This document shows positions 8,657-18,261 of a stretch of DNA of 64,000 nucleotides, one piece after another (position 1 is the stretch's first letter; each line of letters opens with the position of its first letter). The stretch comes from an uncultured Actinomycetes bacterium. GTDB taxonomy: Bacteria > Actinomycetota > UBA4738 > HRBIN12. The translations under genes and the position numbers were made by a program. The notes under the pieces were generated by a model. It ran no database searches and was not told the DNA's origin. It saw only the letters and a program-made list of their open reading frames with translations. The stretch lies in assembly GCA_963821925.1 (NCBI GenBank), contig CAWGFO010000001.1, forward strand, positions 521,763 through 585,762, read 5' to 3'.

Positions 8657-11032
8657 ATGAGCGACACGAGCACCGTCATCGAGGTCGATCCGGCCCGAGG
8701 CCTCTCGTCCGCAGACGTGGCGGCCCGCGTCGCCGAGGGTCGCACGAACGACGTCCCGGCCGCGACGACCCGGACCGTGGCCCAGATCGTCCGCGCGAAC
8801 ATCTTCACGCGGTTCAACGCGATCCTCGGCGCGATGTTCGCGATCATCGTGGTGGTCGGGCCCGTGCAGGACGCGCTGTTCGGGTTCGTGCTCGTCGCGA
8901 ACGCGCTGATCGGCATCGTCCAGGAGCTGCGAGCCAAGCGCACCCTCGACCAGTTGACCCTGCTGACGGCCCCGAAGGCGCGGGTCGTGCGCGACGGCGA
9001 GGTGCTCGAGGTCGTGGTGGGTCGGGTCGTGCAGGACGACGTGCTCGAGGCGCCCGCGGGGGCGCAGATCGTGGTCGACGGTGAGGTCCTCACGACGGAG
9101 GGGCTCGAGGTCGACGAATCGCTCCTGACCGGTGAGGCCGAACCGGTGATCAAGCAGCCGGGTGACGAGGTGCGGTCGGGGTCGTTCGTTGCGGCGGGCA
9201 TCGGGCGGTACCGCGCGGTGAAGGTCGGCCGGGAGGCCTACGCGGCGCAGATCGCCCAGGACGCCCGCCGCTACACGGTCACTCGCTCGGAGCTCCGATC
9301 GGGGATCGACACGATCCTCACCTACGTCACGTACGCGATCGTGCCGACCGCGGCGCTGCTCTTCTTCAGCCAGCTGCGCGCGCACGACTCGTGGCGGGAG
9401 GCCGTGTCCGGGGCGGTGGCCGGCACCGTGGCGATGGTGCCCGAGGGCCTCGTGCTGCTCACCTCGCTGGCGTTCGCGGTCGCCGTCGTCCGTCTCGCGC
9501 AGCAGCGGGTGCTCGTGCAGGAGCTGCAGGCCGTCGAGGGCCTCGCGCGGGTGGACGTGCTGTGCGTCGACAAGACCGGCACACTCACGGAAGGGAAGCT
9601 CTCGGTCGAACGTCTCGACCCCATCGAGGGTGCGGATGCGGACGTCGCCGCGCAGGCCCTGGCCTCGCTCGCCGCGCACGACGCTTCTCCGAACGCCACG
9701 ATGCGCGCGATCGGGGAGCACTATCCGGACGCCCCGGCGGGCTGGCGCGTGGCCGACGCGGTCCCCTTCTCGTCGGCGCGCAAGTGGAGCGGGATCGCGT
9801 TCGAGGGCGAGGGCACATGGCTCCTCGGCGCGCCCGACGTGCTCCTCGATGGGCGTGCGGGCCACGACGACGTGCTGGCGGCCGTCGATGCCGAGGCCGA
9901 GCAGGGTCACCGGGTGGTCCTGCTCGCCCATGCGGACGGTCTCGACGACGAGCGGCTCCCCGGAGCGCTCGCTCCGATCGCGATCGTTGTGCTGGGCGAC
10001 ATCCCGCGTCCCGATGCGGCCGACACGCTCCGCTACTTCGCCGAGCAGGACGTGACGGTGAAGGTGATCTCCGGCGACGATCCGCGCACCGTGGGGGCCA
10101 TCGCGACGCGCCTGGGCCTGGCGGGAGCGGATCAGCCGTTCGACGCGCGCGAGCTGCCCGACGACGACCACGCGCTGGCGGAGGTGGTGGAGCGGCACTC
10201 CGTCTTCGGCCGGGTCACGCCGCAGCAGAAGCGCGCGATGGTCAAGGCGCTCCAGGGCCTCGGGCACACGGTCGCGATGACCGGCGACGGCGTGAACGAC
10301 GCGCTCGCGTTGAAGGACGCCGACATCGGCGTCGCGATGGGCTCGGGATCCGACGCCACACGCGCGGTCGCGCAGCTCGTGCTGATGGACTCGACCTTCG
10401 ACGCGCTGCCGCCGGTCGTGGCCGAGGGCCGCCGGGTTCTGGGGAACATCGAGCGCACGTCCGGCCTCTACCTCACGAAGACCGTGTACGCGATGCTGCT
10501 CTCCCTGGCGGTCGGGGTGGCCGGGTTCGTGTTCCCGTTCCTGCCGCGGCATCTGACGCTGATCGGGGCCCTCACGATCGGGATCCCGTCGTTCTTCCTG
10601 GCGCTCGCACCGAACACGGACCTGTTCCGGCCAGGATTCGTGCCGCGCGTGCTGCGGTTCGCGATCCCGGCGGGCACGCTCGCCGCGATCGCGACGTTCC
10701 TCGGCTACGCGCTGGCCCGCGAGGAGCCGGGCGTGTCGCTCCTGCAGGCGCAGACCACGGCCGTGATGGTGCTGACGTGGATCGGCTTGCTCGTGCTGTC
10801 GATCCTCGCGGCGCCCCTCACCCGGGCCCGGCTCGCGTTGATCTGGACGATGGCCGGGCTCTTCCTGCTCACGCTCAACCTGGAGATCACGAAGACCTTC
10901 TTCGCCCTCGAGCCGCCCCCGCTGATCGTGTGGCTCGCGGCGTTCGGGATCGCGGCGATCACGTGGTCGTTCGCGCGGTTGTTCGTCCCTGGGGAGTCGC
11001 CGATCGGACCGCGGGCGCCACGGCCCAGCTAG
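8657..11032 (+). CDS. Cation-transporting P-type ATPase, CtpE-like
   Basis: GLSSADV..R start, DESLLTGE, VPEGL, DKTGT phosphorylation motif, VISGDD, MTGDGVNDA; C-terminal TM helices. Confidence 0.92.
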   Translation: MSDTSTVIEVDPARGLSSADVAARVAEGRTNDVPAATTRTVAQIVRANIFTRFNAILGAMFAIIVVVGPVQDALFGFVLVANALIGIVQELRAKRTLDQLTLLTAPKARVVRDGEVLEVVVGRVVQDDVLEAPAGAQIVVDGEVLTTEGLEVDESLLTGEAEPVIKQPGDEVRSGSFVAAGIGRYRAVKVGREAYAAQIAQDARRYTVTRSELRSGIDTILTYVTYAIVPTAALLFFSQLRAHDSWREAVSGAVAGTVAMVPEGLVLLTSLAFAVAVVRLAQQRVLVQELQAVEGLARVDVLCVDKTGTLTEGKLSVERLDPIEGADADVAAQALASLAAHDASPNATMRAIGEHYPDAPAGWRVADAVPFSSARKWSGIAFEGEGTWLLGAPDVLLDGRAGHDDVLAAVDAEAEQGHRVVLLAHADGLDDERLPGALAPIAIVVLGDIPRPDAADTLRYFAEQDVTVKVISGDDPRTVGAIATRLGLAGADQPFDARELPDDDHALAEVVERHSVFGRVTPQQKRAMVKALQGLGHTVAMTGDGVNDALALKDADIGVAMGSGSDATRAVAQLVLMDSTFDALPPVVAEGRRVLGNIERTSGLYLTKTVYAMLLSLAVGVAGFVFPFLPRHLTLIGALTIGIPSFFLALAPNTDLFRPGFVPRVLRFAIPAGTLAAIATFLGYALAREEPGVSLLQAQTTAVMVLTWIGLLVLSILAAPLTRARLALIWTMAGLFLLTLNLEITKTFFALEPPPLIVWLAAFGIAAITWSFARLFVPGESPIGPRAPRPS

Positions 11033-11043
11033 TCTGTTACGGA

Positions 11044-11699
11044 CTAGTTGATGCCGCCCGCCCGCCCGGGCGGCCAGATCACGAAGTCGGCCTTCCCGAT
11101 CACCTGGTCGAGCGGCACGAACCCGAGACCGAACCGGGAGTCGAGCGAGTTCCCGCGGTTGTCGCCCATCACGAAGAGGGCGCCCTCCGGCACCTTCGTC
11201 TTCGGGAAGTCGTCGGTCTGTCTGCGGTGAGGTAGGGCTCGTCGATCTTGACGCCGTCGACGTAGACGTTGCCCCCCTTGGCCCATACCGTCTCGCCGGG
11301 GAGCCCGATCACCCGCTTGATGAAGTCCTCGTTGTCGGGCGGCGCCGCCCCGAGGCCCTGCACGAGCCAGTGGAAGAAGCCGCCGATCACGCCGCGGTCC
11401 GGCTGCTTCGACGGATCGGGGTCCTCGAACACGATCACGTCGCCGCGCCGCGGATCGTGGAAGTAGTAGGGGACCTTGACCACGATCACGCGGTCGCCGG
11501 GCATCAGGGTCGGCTCCATCGAGCCCGACGGGATGAAGAACGCCTGGACCAGGAACGTCTTGATCAGGAGCGCCAGGACGAACGCCATGAGGATCAGGCC
11601 CGGCAGCTCTCCGAGGAACTGGAGGACGGGATTCCGGTGTTTGGGGGACGTCTCGGGCTCGGGAGCCTCGAGGGAATCCCGCTGGGCGGTCGTCGTCAC
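11044..11699 (-). CDS. lepB: Signal peptidase I, frameshifted near 11220-11230
   Basis: Frame 1 gives the TM helix, IPSGSMEPTL (catalytic Ser) and FIKRVIGLPG (catalytic Lys) up to EPYLT. Frame 2 continues QTDDFP...MGDNRGNSLDSRFG...IWPP. The break lies at a TCTG-TCTG tandem. Confidence 0.88.
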
Positions 11700-12787
11700 C
11701 CGCTCAGGGTACCGGGCGCGGCCCCTTCGTCCGTAAGGAACACGGTCACCTCGACGGCCTTGAAACTGGCCCAGACGTCGCTGCCGGGGGCGAGGCCGAG
11801 GCGCGTGACCGAACCGGCGGTGATCTCGGCCGTCAACGGCGGCCGGCCGTCGATCCGGATCCGTGCTCGTTCGCCGTCGATCGCGACCTCGCCCACGCGC
11901 CCGCGCACGACGTTGCGGGGGGACCCTTCGGGCTCCTCCGCGTGGAGCGCCACGTCGATCGGCTTCAGGGTCGCGACGGCGCGCATCGCGTGCGCGACCG
12001 GCTCCTCGGGCGCCACCGTGATCGTCCCGAGGTCGGTCGTGAGCCTCGCGGCGCCATCCGGGAGGGGTTCGAGCGTGCCGACGAACAGGTTCAGGCCCAC
12101 CAACTCCGCGGCGTAGGCCGACCGCGGTGCCGACCGGATCTCCTCGGGGGTGCCGGTCTGGATCTGGCGGCCCTCCTCGAGCACCGTGACGCGGTCGGCG
12201 AGCGTCAGCGCGTCCACCGGATCGTGGACGACGAGCACCGCCACGCCATCGAAGCCCGCGAGGATCGTCCTGAGCAGGTCGCGGATCTGGGCGCGGGCCG
12301 CGACGTCGACCCCGGCGAGCGGTTCGTCGAGGAGCAGCAGCCGGGGCGTGGTCGCCAGGGCGCGCGCGAGCGCCACCCGCCGCCGCTCACCGCCCGACAG
12401 CGTCCGTGGCTTCGCGCTCGGCTCGACGGCCGGAGCGAGATCGCGCAGCAACGCCACCGCCTGCGCCCGCGCCACCCGTGCATCGCTCCCGCGCGCCCTG
12501 GGTCCGAAGGCGACGTTCTCGAGCACGGACATCGTCGGGAAGAGCAGGTCGTCCTGGAAGCAGACGCCGACCCGTCGGCGATCGGGAGGCGTGGCCTCGA
12601 CCCGGACGCCGTCGAGCTCGACGGTGCCGGCGACTTCGGGCAGGAGTCCGGCGAGCGCCTCCAGGATCGTGGTCTTGCCGGCCCCGTTGGGACCGACGAT
12701 CGCCATCGTCTCCCCGTCGGCGGCCTCGAGCACGACCGCGACCTCGAACGCGCCCCGGCGCAGGGTGAGATCGGCTCGCAGACCCAC
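11696..12787 (-). CDS. modC: Molybdate ABC transporter ATP-binding protein with TOBE domain
   Basis: GPNGAGKTT, LSGGE, LLLDEP, C-terminal SPRN and W-x-SFKA TOBE motifs; follows modB. Confidence 0.9.
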   Translation of the reverse strand: MGLRADLTLRRGAFEVAVVLEAADGETMAIVGPNGAGKTTILEALAGLLPEVAGTVELDGVRVEATPPDRRRVGVCFQDDLLFPTMSVLENVAFGPRARGSDARVARAQAVALLRDLAPAVEPSAKPRTLSGGERRRVALARALATTPRLLLLDEPLAGVDVAARAQIRDLLRTILAGFDGVAVLVVHDPVDALTLADRVTVLEEGRQIQTGTPEEIRSAPRSAYAAELVGLNLFVGTLEPLPDGAARLTTDLGTITVAPEEPVAHAMRAVATLKPIDVALHAEEPEGSPRNVVRGRVGEVAIDGERARIRIDGRPPLTAEITAGSVTRLGLAPGSDVWASFKAVEVTVFLTDEGAAPGTLSG

Positions 12788-12788
12788 G

Positions 12789-13571
12789 TCACCGGCCGCC
12801 CGTCAGGCGGTGACGCATCGAGACGAGCACGACGATCGAGATCACCACGAGGATCAGTGAGAGGAAGATCGCCCCGCCGGGATCCGTCTGCCGAGCCTGG
12901 TAGACGGCCAGCGGCAGGGTCTGTGTCCGTCCCGCCAGGTTCCCCGCGAAGGTGATCGTCGCGCCGAACTCGCCGAGCGCCCGGGCCCAGGCGAGCACGG
13001 CCCCGGCCGCCACCTGCGGCGCCAGCATCGGCAGCACGACCCGCCACATCGCCCGGCTCGGCCGCGCGCCGAGCGTGGCCGCGGCGAGCTCGTAACGCGG
13101 GTCGATCGAGCGCAGACCGGCTTCGGTCGCGATCACGACGAGCGGCATCGACACGAACGTCGCGGCCACGATCGCCCCCCACGTGGTGAAGGTCAGCTGG
13201 ATCCCCAGCGCCTCGTGCAGCCATCGTCCGACGACGCCGCTCCGGCCGAGCGCGAAGAGCAGCCCGAGCCCGCCCACGACCGGCGGGAGCACGAGCGGAA
13301 GGACGACGACAGCCCGCAGCACGGACCGGCCGGGGAACGAACCTCGTGCGAGCACCCACGCGAGGGGAACGCCGAACAGGACCGAGAGCACGGTGGCGCC
13401 GACGGAGACCACCACCGAGAGCCTGAACGCGCTCCCGGCTCCGACGCCGCCGAGCGCCTCGCCCAGATCTCCCCAGGGCGCGCGGACGACGAGCGCGACG
13501 ACGGGGAGCGCGACGAAGGCCGCGCCGATCGCGGCGAGGCAGACCACCGGGAGGGGGAGACGACGGCGCAT
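12789..13571 (-). CDS. modB: Molybdate ABC transporter permease
   Basis: LPLVLPPVVGG, AATLGA EAA loop, WARALGEFGATITFAGNLAGRTQTLPL. Confidence 0.92.
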   Translation of the reverse strand: MRRRLPLPVVCLAAIGAAFVALPVVALVVRAPWGDLGEALGGVGAGSAFRLSVVVSVGATVLSVLFGVPLAWVLARGSFPGRSVLRAVVVLPLVLPPVVGGLGLLFALGRSGVVGRWLHEALGIQLTFTTWGAIVAATFVSMPLVVIATEAGLRSIDPRYELAAATLGARPSRAMWRVVLPMLAPQVAAGAVLAWARALGEFGATITFAGNLAGRTQTLPLAVYQARQTDPGGAIFLSLILVVISIVVLVSMRHRLTGGR

Positions 13572-13575
13572 CCCC

Positions 13576-14371
13576 CTACCCTGCCGTGCCGAACCCGTAC
13601 GCCTCAAGGCTCGCCTGGCCGGCGTCGCTCAGCACGTAGCTGACGAACTCGCCGGCGAGCGTGGCGTCGGGCGCACCGGAGATCACCGCGATCGGGTACG
13701 TCGCCAGCACGTTGACGTCCTCGGGGATCTCCACGGCCGTCACGTCGTTCCCCGCAGCCGACGAGACATCCGAGGTGTAGACGATCGCGGCGTCGGCCTC
13801 GCCCGCGGTGACCTTGGCGACGACGCTCGCGTTGTCCTCCTCGTTCGAGACCACGTTGGCTTCGGCCTCCGTCAGGATGCCCGCGTTCTCGAGCGCCTCG
13901 CGGGCGTAGTCCCCGACCGGCACGCCCTCGGCCGCGAGCACGAGCTGGACGCCCGGCGTCGCGAGGTCGTCGATCGAGGTGATGTTCGCCGGGTTCGTCG
14001 GGGGGCGCGATGATCACGAGCTGATTCGTCGCGAAGTCCGACCGGTCGGTGACGCCGGGGTCGTCCTGCACGGCGTCCATCCACGTGCCGCTCGCGCTCG
14101 CGAAGACGTCGGCGGTCCCCTCGCTCTGGATCTGGCCGGCCAGGCTGTCCGAGGCGCCGAAGTTGAACGTGATCGTCAGCCCGTCGTGCTGGGCCTCGAA
14201 GTCGGGGCCGATCGCGTCCTGGAGGACCGCGGTGAGCGATGACGCGGCGAAGACGGTCAGCTGGGTCTCGGCGCCCGCCGAACCCGTGGCCGCCGTACCG
14301 CTCGAGTCGTCCGACGAACATGCGGCCCCCACGAGCGTGAGCACGAAGAACACGATGATCGGTCGCTGCAC
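13576..14371 (-). CDS. modA: Molybdate ABC transporter substrate-binding lipoprotein, frameshifted in a G6 run at 14000-14005
   Basis: GGAGG RBS plus GTG, lipobox LVGAAC, VFAASSL, FGAS, ADVFASA, FATNQLV. Removing one C from the C6 run (minus strand) gives ...IAPPTNPANITSIDDL... in frame with VPVGDYA...YPIA...FG. Confidence 0.88.
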
Positions 14372-14489
14372 ATTGCCTCCCCCGTCAGACGCGGAGCATA
14401 CCGCTTCCACGTGGCTCGCACCAAGGGAAAGCTGTTGATGAGATAGAACGAACCTAGCGACGGGGAGCGACTGAGGCCACCGCGGAGGG

Positions 14490-14882
14490 TCAGTCCTCCG
14501 GGAGGTTCACCATCACGCTGGTGGCCTTCACGGTGGCGATCGCCTCCATGCCCGGCTCGAGTTCCATCTGATCGGCGGCCTCGCGCGTGATGAACGCGAG
14601 CACGCGGTGCGGACCCGCCTGGATCTCGACGGTCGCGGCGAGCCCGTCGCGCTTCACCTCGGTGATCACGCCCGGGAACCGGTTCCGCGCGCTCCCCGCG
14701 GCGATCGGCTCCTGCCCGTGCCGCTCGGCCAGGATCCGTGCCACCTCGCCGGCCGGTACGAGCCGCTGGCCGCCCTCGGTCCGCTCGACGTGCAACGACC
14801 CGTCGCGCTCCCACCGTCGGAGGGTCTCCACGCGGACGCCGAGCATCTTGGCCGCCTCGCCGATCCGGTAGGCATCGCTCAT
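14490..14882 (-). CDS. MerR-like HTH plus TOBE-domain molybdenum regulator
   Basis: YRIGEAAKMLGVRVETLRRWE HTH, SARNRF and ATVKATSV TOBE motifs; directly upstream of modABC. Confidence 0.88.
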   Translation of the reverse strand: MSDAYRIGEAAKMLGVRVETLRRWERDGSLHVERTEGGQRLVPAGEVARILAERHGQEPIAAGSARNRFPGVITEVKRDGLAATVEIQAGPHRVLAFITREAADQMELEPGMEAIATVKATSVMVNLPED

Positions 14883-15006
14883 CGGCGCGAGCTTAGTGCG
14901 ACGGGCGGAGGGTCGCCGCGGACCCCCGGTCCGGTATAGGGTTCCGCGGGGGTTCAGTCGAACCGCCCGCGGCGTATCCGCCGCGCGTTCGAGAAGGAGT
15001 GACGTC

Positions 15007-15396
15007 GTGCTCGCAGAGATCTCGTTCGGCAACATCCTCTGGGCGATCGTGGTGATCTTCTTCTTCACCATGTACCTCATGATCCTGTTCAGCGTCATCG
15101 GGGACCTGTTCCGGGACCACGAGACGTCGGGCTTCACGAAGGCGGTCTGGATCTTCTGCCTCCTGTTCTTCCCGTTCATCACGTTGCTGATCTACGTGAT
15201 CGCACGGGGACCGGGGATGCAGAAGCGGGCCTTGGAGCAGCAGAAGCAGCAGGCTGCAGCGTTCAACGACTACGTGCAGTCGGTGGCGACCACGGGGTCG
15301 CCGACCGAGCAGATCGCCAAGGCGAAGGAACTCCTCGATGCGGGCACGATCTCGCAGGAGGAGTTCGCCGCCCTGAAGGCGAAGGCGCTCAGCTAG
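15007..15396 (+). CDS. PLDc_N-like membrane hairpin plus SHOCT domain protein
   Basis: AAGGAG RBS; DLFRD..SGFTKAVW..P..TLLIYVIARG; C-terminal AKELLDAGTISQEEFAALKAKAL SHOCT motif. Confidence 0.85.
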   Translation: MLAEISFGNILWAIVVIFFFTMYLMILFSVIGDLFRDHETSGFTKAVWIFCLLFFPFITLLIYVIARGPGMQKRALEQQKQQAAAFNDYVQSVATTGSPTEQIAKAKELLDAGTISQEEFAALKAKALS

Positions 15397-15411
15397 TCGG
15401 ACGGATCAGCG

Positions 15412-15446
15412 GAAGGGGTCGTCACCCGCTGGGTGGCGGCCCCTTC
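15412..15446. terminator. Hairpin between convergent genes, probable bidirectional terminator
   Basis: GAAGGGGTCGTCACCC-GCT-GGGTGGCGGCCCCTTC, a 16-bp stem with G.T pairs. Confidence 0.65.
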
Positions 15447-15458
15447 TGGCGCTGTGGG

Positions 15459-15965
15459 TCAGTCGCCCCGGCGGCTCGTGAGGTCCTCGACCGCGACCGT
15501 GATCGCGAGGATCATCGGCACGTCCTGGTCGGCCTCGATCTCGACGCCGTACGTGTCGCGCACCCGGAACCACTTCTTCGAGATCTCGGCGACCTTTCCG
15601 TGCTCGCCTTCGATCTCGTACTCGTGGTCCACGAGGTTCCCGTGGACCTTCATGTCGTGACCGTCCTCGATCTCGACCTTGAGGTGGTCGCGAAGCCCGA
15701 CGAGCCGGTGGTGGACGGTCGCGATCTTCTTGCCGCCGCGCTCGATCGCCATCGTGTCGCGGACGTGGAGCTTGCGTTCCTGGATCTTCGCGACCTCGTT
15801 CCCCTGCGCGTCCTCCAGGATGAACGTGTCGCGGATCCGCATCGCCTTGCCGTTGACCTTGAAGACCTTGTTGCCGCCGTCGTCCTCGATCCACGAGTCG
15901 TCGCCGATCGAGGCGAGCTTCTCGCGCATCTGATAGCGGGTCGTCGGTCCGGTGTGCCTGAACAT
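15459..15965 (-). CDS. LURP-one/LOR (tubby-like, YxjI-type) protein
   Basis: REKLASIGDDSWIEDD-x-G, KVHGNLVDHEYEI, KKWFRVRDTYGVEI; AGGAGG RBS. Confidence 0.85.
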   Translation of the reverse strand: MFRHTGPTTRYQMREKLASIGDDSWIEDDGGNKVFKVNGKAMRIRDTFILEDAQGNEVAKIQERKLHVRDTMAIERGGKKIATVHHRLVGLRDHLKVEIEDGHDMKVHGNLVDHEYEIEGEHGKVAEISKKWFRVRDTYGVEIEADQDVPMILAITVAVEDLTSRRGD

Positions 15966-16005
15966 GCGGGCCTCCTCGTGCCGATGCCCAGAGTGTAGGT
16001 GGGCG

Positions 16006-16986
16006 CTAGACCGCGAACCGTACGTGCAGGATGTCGCCCTCGGCGACCTCGTAGTCCTTGCCCTCGACGCGGATCTTGCCGTGGTGCTTGGCGGCGTCCA
16101 TCGAGCCTTGCGCGACCAGCTCGTCGTAGCCGATCACGTCGGCGCGGATGAAGCCGCGCTCGAGGTCGGTGTGGATCACGCCGGCGGCTTCGGGTGCCTT
16201 CGCGCCGCGGCGGACCTCCCATGCGCGCGTCTCGTCGTCGCCGGTGGTGAGGAACGTGATCAGGTCGAGCGCGCGATAGGACGCATGGATCACCGTGTCG
16301 AGCCCCGGCTCCTCGACGCCGAACTCCTCGAGCAGTGCGCGCGCCTCCTCGGGGTCCATCTCGGCGGTCTCGGCTTCGATCGACGCATAGACACCCACGG
16401 CGTCATCCCTGTCGAGGTCCGCGGGCACGTGCGTGCCCTCCTCCAGGTTCGCGATCACGACCTGCGGCTTCGACGTCAGGGGCGCGATGCCCCGGAGGAA
16501 CTCGACCTGTTGTGGGTCGAGCTTCGCGTCGCGCAAGGGCGTCTCGGCGTCGAGCGCGTCCTTCGCGGCCTGCAGCGCCACCGTCTCGTCGTTCGCCTTG
16601 CCCTTCGCGCGCTTGAGCGCCTTCTGGAGCGCGCTCTCGATCACCGCCAGGTCTGCGAGCAGCAGTTCGGCGCGCACGTCCGCGAGTTCGGCGGCCGGTG
16701 TCGCGTCGGGCCCGAAGCAGCGGACGACCACGGCGAGGGCGTCGACCTCTCGGAGTTTCGCGATCCCCTGCGCGCTCGAGACGCCGCCCGGCACGTCGAC
16801 GAACCGGACCTGGGAGGCCACGGTCTTCTTCGATGACTCCATCTCGGTCAGCACCTCGAGGCGCGGATCGGGGACGGGCACGACCGCCACGTTGGCTTGA
16901 CCGCCGTGCGAACCGGCGCGCGTCAGCGCCGTGAACAGCGTCGACTTCCCGCTGAACGGCACGCCGACGAGCCCCACGTCCTTCAT
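16006..16986 (-). CDS. ychF: YchF/Ola1-like P-loop ATPase with TGS (DUF933) domain, divergent
   Basis: G1 GVPFSGKSTLF, VPVPDPRL, FVDVPG, LITFLTTG, AW-x-V-x2-G, AAGVIHTDLERGFIRA, EGKDYEV-x-EGDI-x2-VRF. Confidence 0.85.
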   Translation of the reverse strand: MKDVGLVGVPFSGKSTLFTALTRAGSHGGQANVAVVPVPDPRLEVLTEMESSKKTVASQVRFVDVPGGVSSAQGIAKLREVDALAVVVRCFGPDATPAAELADVRAELLLADLAVIESALQKALKRAKGKANDETVALQAAKDALDAETPLRDAKLDPQQVEFLRGIAPLTSKPQVVIANLEEGTHVPADLDRDDAVGVYASIEAETAEMDPEEARALLEEFGVEEPGLDTVIHASYRALDLITFLTTGDDETRAWEVRRGAKAPEAAGVIHTDLERGFIRADVIGYDELVAQGSMDAAKHHGKIRVEGKDYEVAEGDILHVRFAV

Positions 16987-17353
16987 GGTCGGCAGGCTAA
17001 CAGGGAGGGCAGCCGGCCCGGCCGGGGACCTCCGGCTCGGGACTCGGCCGTTCGACCCGCCGATGGTCCATGGACGCATTCATCCGTTCGTCCGACAGGT
17101 ACCGACGTTCGGGCACTGCGCCACGGAGCCGCCCGATGCCGATGTGGTTCAACGAGACCGGGCGGGGTGGGGCGCCGCCAGACCCGCCCCACTCCGCCGG
17201 GCTCTCTGCCGCGTCCGTCGGTCGCGGTATCAGGTGCGGTTCGGAACGATGGGTGACGACTTGCGCCGAGGGGGCGCATCGTCCGGGCGGGCGGGGAATC
17301 CGACGGCCCCGTCCGCCCGGCATCTCGTACCGGTGGACGGCCGGCGCGAACGC

Positions 17354-17387
17354 GATGAGGCCCGGGCCGTACGGCTCGGGCCTCATC
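17354..17387. terminator. 16-bp hairpin downstream of sodN
   Basis: GATGAGGCCCGGGCCG-TA-CGGCTCGGGCCTCATC, about 20 nt past the sodN stop. Confidence 0.6.
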
Positions 17388-17408
17388 GATATCAGGGTGG
17401 CGAGACGA

Positions 17409-17801
17409 CTAGCTCTTGGTCTCCCAGAAGATCTTCGCGAGGTCGTCGATCGCGTCGAGCAGCTGTTGGCCCTGCGCTGGGTCCACCGACTTCTTGGCGT
17501 CGCCGGCGAGCTTCGTGGCCTTCCAGAACTTGTCGTGGAGGTCGGGGAACTTCTCCAGGTGCTCGGGCTTGAAGTAGTCGGTCCACAGCACCCAGAGGTG
17601 CTCCTTGACCATCGTCGATCGCTCTTCCTTGATCGAGACCGCGCGGGCCCGGAAGATCGGGTCCTCGTTGCCCTGGTACTTCTCCTGACAGGCCTTGACC
17701 GACTCGGCCTCGATCCGGGCCTGGGCCGGGTCGTACACGCCGCAGGGCAGGTCGCAGTGCGCGTGGACGGAGCGACGCGGCTTGAGGAATGCTTCCAGCA
17801 T
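17409..17801 (-). CDS. sodN: Nickel superoxide dismutase precursor
   Basis: Propeptide followed by the Ni-hook HCDLPCGVYDPAQ; KEHLWVLWTDYFK; FWETK; AAGGAGG RBS. Confidence 0.97.
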   Translation of the reverse strand: MLEAFLKPRRSVHAHCDLPCGVYDPAQARIEAESVKACQEKYQGNEDPIFRARAVSIKEERSTMVKEHLWVLWTDYFKPEHLEKFPDLHDKFWKATKLAGDAKKSVDPAQGQQLLDAIDDLAKIFWETKS

Positions 17802-17859
17802 GGAACCGCCTCCTTCTGACGAACGTTCATCCGGAACCTATCACCGGGGTCGCAAACGG

Positions 17860-18261
17860 GTGACGGGCGTGTCGGCGGCTGTCTCCCTGGCGGCGGGCGT
17901 CACCTGGGCGTGCGTGCGGTTCAGGCCCCAGCGCGTCGAGATCGATGGCGGATCGATGGCGCCGACCCTCGCACCGGGCGACTGGGCCCTCGCGGTGGTG
18001 TCGCACCGGTTCGAACGCGGCGACGTCGTCGTGGTCGAGCACCCGGGTCGCCCGGGCTACGAGATGGTCAAGCGTCTGGTCGGCGTCCCCGGGGACCACG
18101 TGGGGGAGCGGCGTCTCGCGCCCGACGAATTCTGGGTCGAGGGTGACCACGAGCCCGCGTCCACGGACAGCCGCCACTTCGGGCCGGTCCACGCCGAGGC
18201 GCTCAGGGCGAAGGTGCTGCTCGTCTACGGTCCGGGCGACCGCCGCCGACTCGTGCGGTGA
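17860..18261 (+). CDS. sodX: NiSOD maturation protease (S26 family)
   Basis: GGSMAPTLAPGD (Ser), MVKRL (Lys), WVEGD-x3-STDSRHFGPV; divergent from sodN. Start uncertain. Confidence 0.88.
   Translation: MTGVSAAVSLAAGVTWACVRFRPQRVEIDGGSMAPTLAPGDWALAVVSHRFERGDVVVVEHPGRPGYEMVKRLVGVPGDHVGERRLAPDEFWVEGDHEPASTDSRHFGPVHAEALRAKVLLVYGPGDRRRLVR

Noticed and set aside
11029-11047. Palindrome CTAGTCTG-TTA-CGGACTAG containing both convergent stop codons
   Set aside because: Probably just a compact bidirectional terminator; too short to support more.
14372-14490. Moco riboswitch or ModE box upstream of modA
   Set aside because: There is an AT-richer patch, but I could not match the Moco RNA core or a convincing palindrome.
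17105-17130. tRNA-like start GGCTCCGTGGCGCAG on the minus strand
   Set aside because: No anticodon arm, T-loop or acceptor stem follows.
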